Below the pieces are notes generated by a model. That model worked only from the letters and a program-made list of their open reading frames with translations. It was not told the origin of the DNA and did no database searches. From Octopus vulgaris (lineage: Eukaryota), in NCBI GenBank assembly GCA_951406725.2, contig OX597827.1, positions 35,216,001 to 35,280,000 of the forward strand: DNA of 64,000 bases, written 5' to 3'. Of the stretch, positions 25,645-38,836 are shown piece after piece; the first letter of the stretch is position 1, and each line of letters opens with the position of its first letter. The position numbers and the translations under genes are program-made.

Positions 25645-26818
25645 GGATCTTTTCATTTCCAAGGCCTGTTTTTTCAGATTTTTCCTACTTAACCAAACAA
25701 TTTGAAACTTCGTATACTGGTAGAATGTGTCTAAAGAAAACATAATTGTAAACCAGAATGAAAACGGAATTGTAATGTCAAAGTTTAACGTTGTTTAATA
25801 ATTAGAATTTTAACCAATGGTATTCGGTCTTTCGGCTTCATATTATTTACTCCGTCTCATTAGACGTAAACGGCTATTTTGCTGACGTATTTAACATACG
25901 TGAAATGTTACCGTATTCCTTCAGTTTCTATTCACATTTTTTAAAAATATTATTAACTAACTTATATATTAAACTTATATATTATATAACTAACTTAGTT
26001 TTTGTAAATTTTCGTATATTTTTGGTGATTTTTATTCCTTACTTTATTCGTGTAACTTTTATTTCTGTAACTTTTTATCTTTGGCAATCTTTTGTATGTG
26101 TGTGTATGTATGTGTGTGTGTGTATGTATGTATGGCCGATTCAGTGTTTACATTATTTCGAGTTAAAACGAAAGATTACCTTTGCTATGTAGAAAATAAT
26201 GAGGTTGACTCAATGGAATAATGACAGTGATCGAAGATATAGACAAAATGTTTTTGGTAATCTTTCGTTTTAACTCGAAATAATGTAAACACTGAATCGG
26301 CCATACATACATACACACACACATACATAACACACATACATACACACACACACATACATAGATACATACACACACACACATACATGCATACATACATATA
26401 CACATACACCGAGTAAAAAAATTCAGTTATCTCTCTCTTTCACACATTACTCTCTCTGTCTCTTCACACACACTAACAGAAGTACTTCACTTACACAACA
26501 TACTTTCTGTCTCCCACACCCCCATCAAACACACACACATGCACACAAAACACAGACCTACGCACAGCTGTCTACGTCACAAAATAGCTTTCTACGTCAC
26601 ACTAAGATAATGCAGTTAATTATTTCAAATGAAAACAAACAATACGATTGGTTAAAATTCGCAGATTTAATGTACCCTTAAAGTTATAAAATACATTTTT
26701 CTCAAATAAACAAGTTGAAATTAGTGTTTTCTTTTGAGACACTCTACCAGTATACGAAGTTTCAAATTTAGTTAACTAGAAAAATCTGACAAAACAGGCC
26801 TTGGAAATGAAAAGATCC
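25645..26818. mobile_element. Non-autonomous DNA transposon / foldback element with long TIRs and a central inverted repeat
   Basis: ggatcttttcatttccaaggcctgtttt... at 25645 mirrors ...aaaacaggccttggaaatgaaaagatcc at 26818. Perfect 47-bp inner arms at 26134-26180 and 26256-26302. Confidence 0.85.
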
Positions 26819-27099
26819 AAAATGTCTTCTGAAGAGTCCGCCTGACCCACCTTCATATGCATCGGTAGGCAAGCCCTATCTCACCAAGAATTACATAACC
26901 GTTTGGCTATCCTCACCTGGTGTAGCCCGCTGGTCGAAGCAGTTTAGCGGTCTATGGCTACCGGTTTATACTATCTTTAGATATTAATTGTTGATCTGTG
27001 GGTTTTTAGATCGTGATTTATTTACGCATACTCATTACATTCATACACATACGCATGTGCACATGCACGCACATACAGACACATTCAATGAGGGAGTTT

Positions 27100-27582
27100 G
27101 ATGCTGTTTGAACCCGTAACAGGAAGAGATCCAGTTTTGTTTTAAAGACATTTACAAACACGGATTTTAAAGAGCTGTGGACCCTTGAAGCCCAAGCTGT
27201 TACAGTATCTGGTCTTGTATTTTGATGGCGAGGCTGAGTACTTTGGCAGTGTGCAGTGGCACCCCGTTTTGCAGTTTGAATAACTTTCAATGCCAATGTT
27301 TGGTAAAAGGCCTTCTAGGATTTTCCAGTTGTATATCACTGCATTTTTCTCCCGCCTTCGTTCCAAGGAGAAGAGATTTTATTCTTTAAGTCCTTCCCAC
27401 TAGCTGACATGTTGCATCGAGACTATTTTCATAGAGTAGCTTCGTTGAATTACTTCGGGTTCAGCTGTGGATTTTTTATTGTGTGGTGACCATAGTTGGG
27501 AGCTATAGTCTAAGCGGCTCACAACGTATGTCCTACAAAGAATCATTAATGTCTCTTTTTCACTTGTTTTGAAAATTCGGAG
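27100..27582 (-). mobile_element. CR1/L2-like LINE 3' fragment
   Basis: YVVSRLDYSSQLWSPHNKK..EVIQR and SLERRRE...IYNWKILEGLLPN. Confidence 0.8.
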
Positions 27583-27583
27583 A

Positions 27584-27640
<57 letters not shown>

Positions 27641-27642
<2 letters not shown>

Positions 27643-28690
27643 ACGGGAAGCTTTATGAAAATAGACAAAAGACGAAGGCAGGTTTACGGAAATAAACAAA
27701 AGACGAAGGCAGGTGGAATACAAACAAACAATTGTATTAGTATGGCGCTCAGGAAATATAAATAAAACAAGTCTTTAACGTTTCGAGCCTACGCTCTTCA
27801 ACAGAAAGATACACAGAGAAAAACACAGAAAGAAGGAGAGAAAAAAATATGCGTGCAGAGGCTAGCGAATCAACATGGCGATCTGATTTCGGCCAGAAGT
27901 CAAAGATCAAACGTGAGGCGCAAGAGCGAAATTAGGGGAGATAATAGGGTTAAATGACCTCGCTCCAACATAAGAGTGTGTGTGTGTGTATGAGAAGAGT
28001 GTGTGTGTGTATGAGAGAGTATTAGTGCGTATGAGAGGTCTGGACGTGTGTATGTATATATGATGTGATGTGTATAGTCGTATAGTGTAGTGTAGAGAGA
28101 GGAGATGAGGGAAGAGGGGGATGTTAGTGGGTGAGGGGGGAGAAAGAAAGGGGAGAAGGAAAGGGAAGAAGAGGAGGGGAAGGGGGAGAAGGAAGGAGAG
28201 GAGAAGAGGAGGGGAGAGAAGGGGGTGAAGGAAGGAGAGGAGAAGAGGAGGGGAGAGGAGGAGGGAGGATAGAGGGAGAGGGGAGAGAGAGAGAAGGGGA
28301 ATGAGGGAGCAGAGAGAAAGAGGGAAGGGGAAGAGGGAAGAAGGAGGGAGGGAGAAAGAGGGAAGAAGGGAAGAGGAGTAGGGGTGAAAGGATGAAGGAC
28401 TGAAGAGAAGTAGGGGTCGGGGGGAGGTTAGATGAGGAGGGGGAGAGTTGAGACCAAATGGCGTATAAGAGCGAAGAGAGAAGATTAATTCTTGTTCACG
28501 GCGCAAACGGGAATCCGGATGGCCTCTGTGTAAGGACAAACCGAACACAGACAGGTGTTGCAAGGAGTGACCGGTGGAGCGGAAATGGCGTGAGACCGGT
28601 GTGTCGTTCGCAAGGCGGATGTCACGAAGGTGTTCCGCGAACCGGTCAGCCAAGCGGCGTCCCGTTTGTCTGATGTACAGGGAATGGCAG
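27641..28690 (-). mobile_element. Penelope-like element 3' end: GIY-YIG endonuclease and terminal repeat
   Basis: [23 protein letters not shown]...PVSRHF...[21 protein letters not shown], then a pyrimidine-rich tract and a hammerhead-like motif at 27772-27809. Confidence 0.85.
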
Positions 28691-28724
28691 ATATATATAT
28701 GCACACATATATATACATAAACAC

Positions 28725-28797
<73 letters not shown>

Positions 28798-28840
28798 TAT
28801 ATACATACACACATATATATAATATATATATATACATATA

Positions 28841-28875
<35 letters not shown>

Positions 28876-28971
28876 TAATATACATATATACATACATATA
28901 TATATACATACATATTTATACAAATATATATACATACACATATATATATACATATATACATATAAACATAT

Positions 28972-29022
<51 letters not shown>

Positions 29023-29142
29023 ATATATATAAATATATATATACATATATATATACATACATATATATACAAATATATATACATACACATATATATATAT
29101 ATGCATATATATATAGAGAGAGAGACATATACATATAAATAC

Positions 29143-29185
<43 letters not shown>

Positions 29186-29258
29186 AACATATACATATAT
29201 ATATATACATATATCTATACACATACATATATATACATATATACATATATATATATAC

Positions 29259-29289
<31 letters not shown>

Positions 29290-29452
29290 CATTTATATAT
29301 ACACATATATATATATATATATACATATATATATCACCGTGATCATCGTGACCGACTAGGTTATCAGATGTTGCTACACATCGCTGGTCACAATGCGCTT
29401 CGCGTTGTTTTAGCCTTCAAATGACGCCACCCCGCTGGCTAAACGAGCAGGC

Positions 29453-29530
<78 letters not shown>

Positions 29531-29658
29531 CATATATATATCACCGTGATCACCGTGACCGACTAGGTTATCAGATGTTGCTACACATCGCTGGTCACAA
29601 TGCGCTTCGCGTTGTTTTAGCCTTCAAATGACGCCACCCCGCTGGCTAAACGAGCAGG

Positions 29659-29730
<72 letters not shown>

Positions 29731-29745
29731 ATATATATATATATA
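28691..29745. repeat. About 1 kb of degenerate (TA)n with two tandem 118-bp SINE-like units
   Basis: Near-identical units at 29333-29450 and 29541-29658. Confidence 0.9.
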
Positions 29746-30528
29746 AGGGAGAATTCACGAAAGCAAACGACGAAGACAGGTGGTGTAGAAAACAAACAGA
29801 TGTATTAGTATAACGATCGGGAATTGAAGAAGTCTTTTACGTTTCGAGCCTACGCCCTTCCACAGAAAGGAACACAGAAAGAAACAAGGAGAGAAACAAG
29901 GCGAGAAAATAAAATGTGTGTAGTGGCTATTGATCTATCATGGCGTTTGCTGGACAGAAGGGTCACATAAGAGAGCGATGAAGTACGGGAGATAACAAAG
30001 TAATAGTGATCCCAAAACGAAGGCGCGCGCGTGTGTAAGAGAGTACGTATGTGCGTGTGGAAGAGGGCTGGTGGTCTTGACGTGTGCGTGTGTGTATGTA
30101 TAGGTGTGAAAATGTAGGGATGGTAATTGGTCAGTGCTGGTGTGTGGGTGGTGGTGTGTTGGGATGTGATGTGTTGTGTGGTGTAGTGGTGTGTGGTGTG
30201 ACGTTGGTTGGTGGGGGAAACGAGACTGGGGAAAGCAATGGTGGAGTGTGGGTTAGTTAAATCACTGTTAATAATGTTAGCCGAGACCTCTGCCCCTGAT
30301 GTGATGAACTTAGTTGAACACTGTTTGTCTAGCGGACAGGATTCTGCATTACGACAATTAGAGCCTGGGTTCGCCTCTGGCCGGTTCATGCGGTTGATAA
30401 TACTTTTCATGTTTGGGCAGCAGTTGTACGATAATTTAACAGTATTTCTGTTAAATATCTTCCTGTATCTATCTCCTACAGGAAAGTGCTTATCTAATAG
30501 TGTCAGGAATATTTTACCAATATTCGAC
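29746..30528 (-). mobile_element. Penelope-like element fragment (RT-EN linker and terminal repeat)
   Basis: NIGKIFLTLLDKHFP..KIFNRNTVKLSYNCCPNMKSII..NCRNAESCPLDKQC; hammerhead-like motif at 29834-29869. Confidence 0.85.
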
Positions 30529-31900
30529 ATCAATCTTGCAATCTGCATGTGCTTGATGTAGCATCTCGGATCGATTGGACATGGATATTTCATTCGGAGT
30601 TTGAACTAACTTTTCTAGCATCTTTGCTTTCTCTATTTCGCGATAATTTGCTTTCAGATGTTTGTGTAAGTGGTTGTCGTTAACTTGAACAAATCCGGTG
30701 ATACCACCGCCAATGGTGACTATCACATAATCCCGTTTCCAGAGGGCGTCTCTCACCTCCGGCATCAAATGCCCCATGTAATCATCGAGCACATAAATGG
30801 CAAAGTTTGCATGGAAAAACATATTGAATCGGTTTGGAAGTTTATAGTATAGAGTAGCTGTTCTAATCTATGAGAACCTTTCGGAGACCATTGACATTTC
30901 ATTGTGGACAGGGCATTCAGAAGTGTAGGTCATTTTCCAGTTCTTTTAAATACAAACTCTGGGATACGATTTATTTTGGTATCATTGCTAACGTGGGTGA
31001 ACACTGTGATATGTTCCCAAGACAAATGGTGGTTTCCTTTGATGAACATATCTTCTGAATGATAAAGTAGCTTTCCGCTACTTTCATTCCGGTCCAAGGG
31101 CATTTAATCTCCATTGATAATAGGAGGATCTACGCCAAATTTATCAAGGAAATAATGACGCACACTCCATATGTTCTTCAAATAATCCTGAATGTACTCA
31201 ACACATTGTTCTTTGGAGATTCAAATGCGTTCAGTGATACCCTATACTCCTTTTGCCAACCTTTCATCCAGCTTTCTGAAAAACGAAGCTTTTCCTCGGT
31301 AGGTGTGTTTGGGTGTTGGCAAATCTACGCCTCATAAAATTTCTCAGCCTCTAATAGGAAAAGAGCCTATGATGATCTCGCATGCAGCGATGTTCTAACA
31401 TCCACAAACCATTCAAACAAGGCGTCTCTCACGCCAGGTAATTCTGTTTTACAACCTCCTCCAGCGACTCTGAAACGTTTCTTTGGATTGTTTTCAGCAC
31501 TGTCAAGTTCGCCTTTCAGATATTTTCATAGCAGCATTTAGCTACTTTAACAGCAGAATCAAACAGCCGATCAGAATTTTTGTCACCGGCCAAATTCGAG
31601 TAAAACAACGAACTGCTTTGGCGAGATATTCCTGTTTTGGGGTGTCTGGGACATGGCGTTTCCTTTTAGCATCCCAATGAGTTTCTCCTTTCATTCGCTC
31701 TAATTCAGAATCATACTCCTCTTTGCATTTGCTAACCACGATAGTAAGTGCTTGCTTTTCTTCTATAGAATAATGTCCATACGTTGCACCAAAAATACTG
31801 TTCTCTGCCTTGATGTTATGAAAGAAAGTTCAAAGAGAAATTACTCCAGTCGTGTTGAAGTTGTTACATCCTTATTCCGTAAAAAGCTTGTCCTGTGACG
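30529..31900 (-). mobile_element. Decayed pogo-type (Tc1/mariner) DDE transposase
   Basis: GGGCKTELPGVRDALFEWFVDVR (CENP-B HTH-like), NGD*MPLDRNES and VLDDYMGHL..IGGGITGFVQVNDNHLHKHLKANYRE. The element may extend to the G-rich aataagcggg repeats at about 32830-32990. Confidence 0.75.
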
Positions 31901-33862
31901 ATAAACTGTTCATCATTGAAGGTCTTAGTTTGCGTGGAATTTGTGTTGGTGATTGGTAGAGAAATCGTAGAGAAATTGAAAATGAAGATTTGTTGACTAC
32001 AGTGTGGAGTAGCAGTAAACTCACGCGTATGTTACAGAGTGGAGCAATTTTCAAGCCTCAAGATACACTGGTTGTAAAGTATATTTTCTGACAGCAATTT
32101 CCTTGTTTTGTATGTGTCCTGAAGTAGGTGTGATGTGTCCCGAAATGATTAATCTTCTTAATGTTGAAGGTAATCAATGACCTAAAAATGTTGAAGGCTC
32201 ACCGGCATGAACGTTGCCTACATACACTGTGGATAAGTATTTTTCTTCCGTGCGTAATGAAAACAAATACGACAAACCAGGTTTTCTTCCCATTCTTATC
32301 ATGTTTTTTTTTTTAGTCATGCTGATTCACAATTTGTGTCAGTCAAAATAATAATGAATTCTCCAGAGTTTGTTGTTTTGTACTAGTAACGGGAGTCAGT
32401 TTAAACGACTTTCCCCTTCCCTTTAAATTGCTGGCCTTGTGCCTAAGCATCGCGCAACGTGCCTTGCAGCATAGAGTTATGGCCCATTACGCTCAGAGTT
32501 CAATCTCACTGAGGTTAGCTTTACATTTCATCCATACGGGGTCGATAAAATAAAGCAACAGTAATGTACTGGACCGCTTTAATCCATTTATCCCTCTCCA
32601 CAAATTGTTGGCCTTGTGCCTAAATGAGAAAACATTATTTTAATTTTTTTAGGTTGTTACCCTTGATTTTTTTCTAAAACCAGAATTAGTTATTTAGTTT
32701 ATACATCCTATTTATTTTATAACAAATGGTATTACTTATAAAGTACAATAAAATAATTATTAGATTCTCCAGCTGTTGTAGCAATATGAATAGCTTACAA
32801 TAAAATTTCACCGGAGATAGATTAGCAGAATTTAATAAGGGAGGAGAGTGGAATAAAAGCGGGGGAGGGGTGGAAAAAATCTGAAAAATTAATAAGCGGG
32901 TGGGGGAAATAAAAGCGGAGGTAGTGGGATAAATCTAAAAAATTAAAAAGCAGGTGGGATGGGGATGATTAATCAAGACCTTAGAATAGATAGATAGAAA
33001 TGGCACAGACGTTTTGCTTCGAGAAGATACAGGGGAGATAAGCTTAGTTAAACTTAATGGTGCTAGATTCAGACGAGAAATTTCTCAACTTTTTTGCAAA
33101 TACAAACTTAGTTATTACTTACGAGAGATTAAGAGAGGGGGGGGGGGCGTTTAAAATGCAAATTATAGTTTAATAAATGTTGTTAAACAATTGTGATCGA
33201 AACAATGCTTGTGTAATTCTAGATATGTAAATTCATGTGTAACCTGGTAATTTTGTGTAGTATGCACTTAAAAAGGTTGTGAGAAGCTTTCTTGGTAAAA
33301 AAAAAATTAATATGTTCACAAGAAAAGGTGTGTGACTTAAAGGAGATATAGCCATTCTTTCTAGCACATCCTACGATCACTTTTGTCACTGTTATATGTA
33401 TCGATGTTTTTCATTATTTTTCTTCCTATATCACATTTATGCTATTAAAAAAAATTGAAAATTTCTGGTTTTTTTCATACCCATTGTTTCTACTTATAAT
33501 TTTAAAATATTGGATACAGAAGCAATTATTGACAGATTCGCACAATCATTTAGTGAACACAAACGATTGCTCTTAATATAGTGAACTGCATATAATACAA
33601 GTTTTGTACCTCCTTGCGACAATGTAAACTTTCATTTAAATAAGATATCCTTGGCCTGAAGATTGGCCTGTGGTACACACTTCGCTTGGATATTTACCAC
33701 TTCTGAGGTTCCGCTCGCTATGAAACATATGTAGCCCAGATCTTATCTACTCCATTCCTTAACTCTTGTATGTGTGTGCCTGTGTGTGTGTGCACGCGTG
33801 CGTTTATACGTACGTATGTATATATGTATATCTATATCTATATATATATATACATACACACA

Positions 33863-35540
33863 CTAGCAGAGTTACCCGGCATTGCCCGAGTTACATACAA
33901 TTGAAGAATTAGACTTTTCTGTTATATTTTCTGTAATGAACTGGAATACCTATGTTTCGAATTTCATCAAAATTGCAGATGAGGGTTATTTCCCTCTTTA
34001 CACACCCAAACAAAATTGTAATCATGCCACATGTATCCCATACTACTGATTTTTATGCGCATATTCCAAAATTCCAGTCTTATAGAACCTGTTAAAAGGA
34101 TTTTGCTCCTGAAAAATGGAGGTCATGGGGCTCTAAAATGTGAGAGTTAACGCCCCTATTGGGGGTGGGCATCTTAATGTCAACCAGAGAAGTTGAATTG
34201 TTGAGAATCTTTTTAACTTGGGTCTTATATCTATTGTTTGAATTTCTTTGAAATAGGAAATATATGTTCACTGGGTTTGTAAAAGGGAGCAAAACTACAG
34301 GATACCAAAAGAAGAATGATCACAATAAGCAGTCTGTTACCCTACCCTAGTCGTTACCATTCCCAATGTAGTATTCTTCACCATCAAGGTGACAGGCACT
34401 GCCGTAAGATGCATTATGAATCTATAGCAATTGGAAGGGCATGACCCAACTGAAATAAACATGAACAACTGTGTGACGTGAGGGCTAAGGAGAAATGAAA
34501 GCTGGAGTTTGTAAATTACCACTATACTGATAAGTAACTGGACAGAATAAATATACAATCTATAAATGTCTTTGAATAACCAATCACTCATCTGGGAAGG
34601 CCTTGAAATCAATGTTACCATGTGGGGACTATGTGTGACCCAGTGATGATAAAAAGACTGAAAGGAGGTCTGCAATCAAATAACTTTACTCAACACTTTT
34701 GCAACTGAATCAGTGGAGGCAAAGATGCCTCTCATTTACTTGACAATTTATGCAGCACATTGCAGAAATCACAATGTAAGTGTATATCAAAGCAAACTGT
34801 TACACTGATGTACCATTGAATTAGAAATAATGCCCAACTTTAATGCTCAGGTAACCCTACAGCTTCCAAGAGCACAACTATATTCGTTTTTGCTTAGATA
34901 AAATGACAAAATTGTGGGTGTTAAGTCCCCATGGAGGGGTCTTTCTAACTTGTAAGAAGATGAAATTTTATAAATATTACTTCATTTGTATCTAATATCT
35001 ATGGTTAAAATTTCATCAACAGCAAAAATATATGAATTGTCATGGGGGTTGTGGCCCTTATGCATAGAATATAATTTCCAAATTTCGTAAAGATCCATTC
35101 AGTACTTTTGACTTAGTTTTGGATCATAAAAGAAAGAAAGAAAATTTGGGAGTTAAGGCCCCCATTAGGGTGTCTTAGAATTCTCATGTGAAGTGGAAAC
35201 TCTGAGAATACTTCTTGATGTGTGTCAATTATCCATGGTTGAAATTTCATCAACATCGAAAATTTATGAATGTTCATGGGGGGTTCTACCTCCTTTAAGC
35301 CATCTGAAATTCAAACCAAACATATTGCATGATACCTGCCCTTATGCATTGAATCTAAGTTTCAAATATCATAAGGATCCATTCAGTGATTTTGGTCCAT
35401 GAAATTGTATGAAATACCCTTCTCCCTAGGCTTCGATTTTGTGTTCCAAATTTCATTATGATCGGAGCAGCAATTTTCGAATGTATAAGTAATACAAGAA
35501 CACATAAAGACATTATCTTTGATATAAAAATATGAATGTA
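33863..35540 (-). mobile_element. Non-autonomous Helitron, about 1.7 kb, with internal degenerate repeats
   Basis: 3' end on the minus strand: ctcgggcaatgccgggtaactctgCTAG|t. Recurrent aaatttcatcaa and gttaag.cccc motifs. The 5' boundary is approximate. Confidence 0.65.
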
Positions 35541-35556
35541 CACATGTACATTCATG

Positions 35557-35615
<59 letters not shown>

Positions 35616-35641
35616 GCATGCGTATGTGTGTATTATATATG

Positions 35642-35672
<31 letters not shown>

Positions 35673-36039
35673 TATGGATCTAGTTTAGCAAACCGCTAAG
35701 TCATTTTATCGATATAAAGAAGAATTAGACTTTTCTGTGGTGCAGGTGTGGCTGTGTGGTAACAAACTTCATTCCAAAACACAGGGTCCTGGGTTTAAAT
35801 TTAAATTTTAAATAATAAGGGTGAGAAATTGAATATTAATTTGATTAATATGAATTAATATGATTATGTAGCATATAAGACCATAGCGGATCTTCTTCTA
35901 GAAATATGGATGTCCACTGTTAATGGTTCATCCCTCTGATATAATAGTTTGACTTTAATAGGTTTAGTATTAAAGTGAAAGTATCTGACATTACAATAGT
36001 GTGATGTTTTTGTTTCATTTTTAGCACGTAATACTGAAA

Positions 36040-36187
36040 TAGTGGAGAAGATATGATATTGCTGTGGGCTCGCCCTAGGCAAGAAGTTAGAAAGAAGTAA
36101 GGTATGTGTAAAATTTGAATGAAATTGGTTGTGTAGTTCTCAGGTTTTAGGGATTCACACAGACAGACAGACAGACACATTCTCAGT

Positions 36188-36210
<23 letters not shown>
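36040..36210 (-). mobile_element. Helitron-type 5' end with (GTCT)n
   Basis: Minus strand: tatatataactgagaatgtgtctgtctgtctg...aaccaatttcattcaaattttacac. Confidence 0.5.
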
Positions 36211-36218
<8 letters not shown>

Positions 36219-36339
36219 TTAATAAGGGTGAGAGAATTAGATACTAATTTAATAGTATATCTATTCAACACCAAGTGGCCTAGTGCTCCGAGAAACCTGG
36301 ATTATTATAATATTTTATAATATATTATAATATTTTTAC

Positions 36340-36557
36340 AAAATAAATATAAGAGAGTGGTCACTATATGGCTCACTCTAGCACCAGTTAATCCAAAAGG
36401 TTTCAACCACAAAAATACATGTTTCCCATGAAAGTCAGTACGATTGTTAACAATCGTACTGACTTTCATGGGAAACATGTATTTTTGTGGTTGAAACCTT
36501 TTGGATTAACTGGTGCTAGAGTGAGCCATATAGTGACCACTCTCTTATATTTATTTT
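36340..36557. repeat. Perfect 218-bp palindrome with no spacer
   Basis: 109-bp arms checked base by base; centre gtt|aac at 36448/36449. Confidence 0.95.
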
Positions 36558-36825
36558 ATATATATATATATATATTATACATACATACACATACGTACGT
36601 ACATATATACATATATATATATATATGTATATGTATATATATATACGCACATATATATATGTATATATATATATAGATATATATGTGTATGTATATAAAT
36701 ATATATGTATATGTATATGTATCATCATCATCATCATCATCATTTAGCGTCTGTTTTCCATGCTAGCATGGGTTATATATATACACCCACACACACATAT
36801 ATATATATACATTTATATATATATG

Positions 36826-36866
<41 letters not shown>

Positions 36867-37382
36867 TTACAGGACATTACCAACTGTAAACAACATGAAA
36901 TACAAAAACAAAGGACTTCAATAGGCAAACAGCGAAACAGATGGGAAACAGGACAAGCAACAGAAAGAGCGACCCTTCATCAGTTGTCAGTTGTCTATCT
37001 ACTCCTGATTTCGAGCACTAAACGACAATACACATGCACCCCCACACACACACATATTCATTTATAGACATTATATACATAGACCGTTTGGTATATGTTT
37101 TCATTATTCTCATTTCGTAGTTTAAATCTTGCTACTCCCCAAATTTAGTTTTTCACTTCAAAACATACGTTAGAATAAATATCATTAATAATTTAGAGTA
37201 ATGCTTGTGATATCTGGTTACAGATCTTCACGATCTGAAGTGAACTTTCCTTGTATCCTCTCACGGTTTGAAAAATATATACCAGTTAAGTGCTGGATTG
37301 ATATACATACATACATTAAGTATATAGTTATATATATATATATATATATATATATAAGCATATATATATAAACATTTTTATA

Positions 37383-37896
<514 letters not shown>

Positions 37897-38836
37897 TATA
37901 TATATATATATATATATATAAGCATTAAGAACAGTTTTTAATGGTCAATGAAGGTCTTCTGATCATTAAGAACATTAAAAACTTTGTTCTTAACGCTGAA
38001 TTTTTCCTTGTGTTCTGCCTGTTCAATCCTCTGTGTGTGTATGTGTGTATGTGTGTGTGTGTGTGTGTGCGTGCGTGTGTGCGCGCTAGCACGTGCGCGC
38101 TTCAATTAGTAAATCCGCGCCAAGACGTAAGCGGTCGATCCACATAGATTGAAAGAGATCATGCAGTTTGTGCTGTAGAGTGATCTGCCCCTTAGTTACA
38201 GTCCAGCTGTAACTGATCGATCAATAACGTAGTGAGGTTGGGGGGCACAGAGGAAGCGCGCAATTCGACCGGGAGCTACGGATGCTTGGACGCTGTTATT
38301 GTTTAGGCCAAGATCAGACTTGATTTTTCGTAACCGTGACTAAAAGAATTTCAGCCGTGTCCATCCCGTCTCGTTTTCTTCATGTTTAATGTATCTACGA
38401 CTACATTATCCAATGGCTCCCTCATTTTTAAGACGGCTGGGCGAGACATGGCTGCTATTTTCAGCAAATCAAGCGACGACGTAGAAATTCCCTCATTGGC
38501 TTGTAAGTTTTCCTCCTTTGTATTTATCACACACTCAATTTTATATTATTCATTGTCCGTTTTTGCCATACATTCACCATCAATACATACATCCGTCTAT
38601 TTAATTAATTAGCCTTTTTGGCGGAGGTAAAGTATACGTACACCACCCGTTTTCGGCGTAACAAAAATCCTAACCCTAAACACCGGGTGTACGTATTCTT
38701 TACTTTCGCCCCCTTAAAAGAAAAAATTCCGTTCTCTTCTTCAATGACCAAATTCATAATTAATCAACAGCATACAGTTCTCAATTGCAGATTTTCTCCC
38801 CTTTCCCTGTCATTCCTATAAAACCTACAATACACA

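Noticed and set aside
27907-29196. 429-aa minus-strand ORF
   Set aside because: Chance read-through of (TA)n, a Penelope GIY-YIG fragment and a pyrimidine tract; not a host gene.
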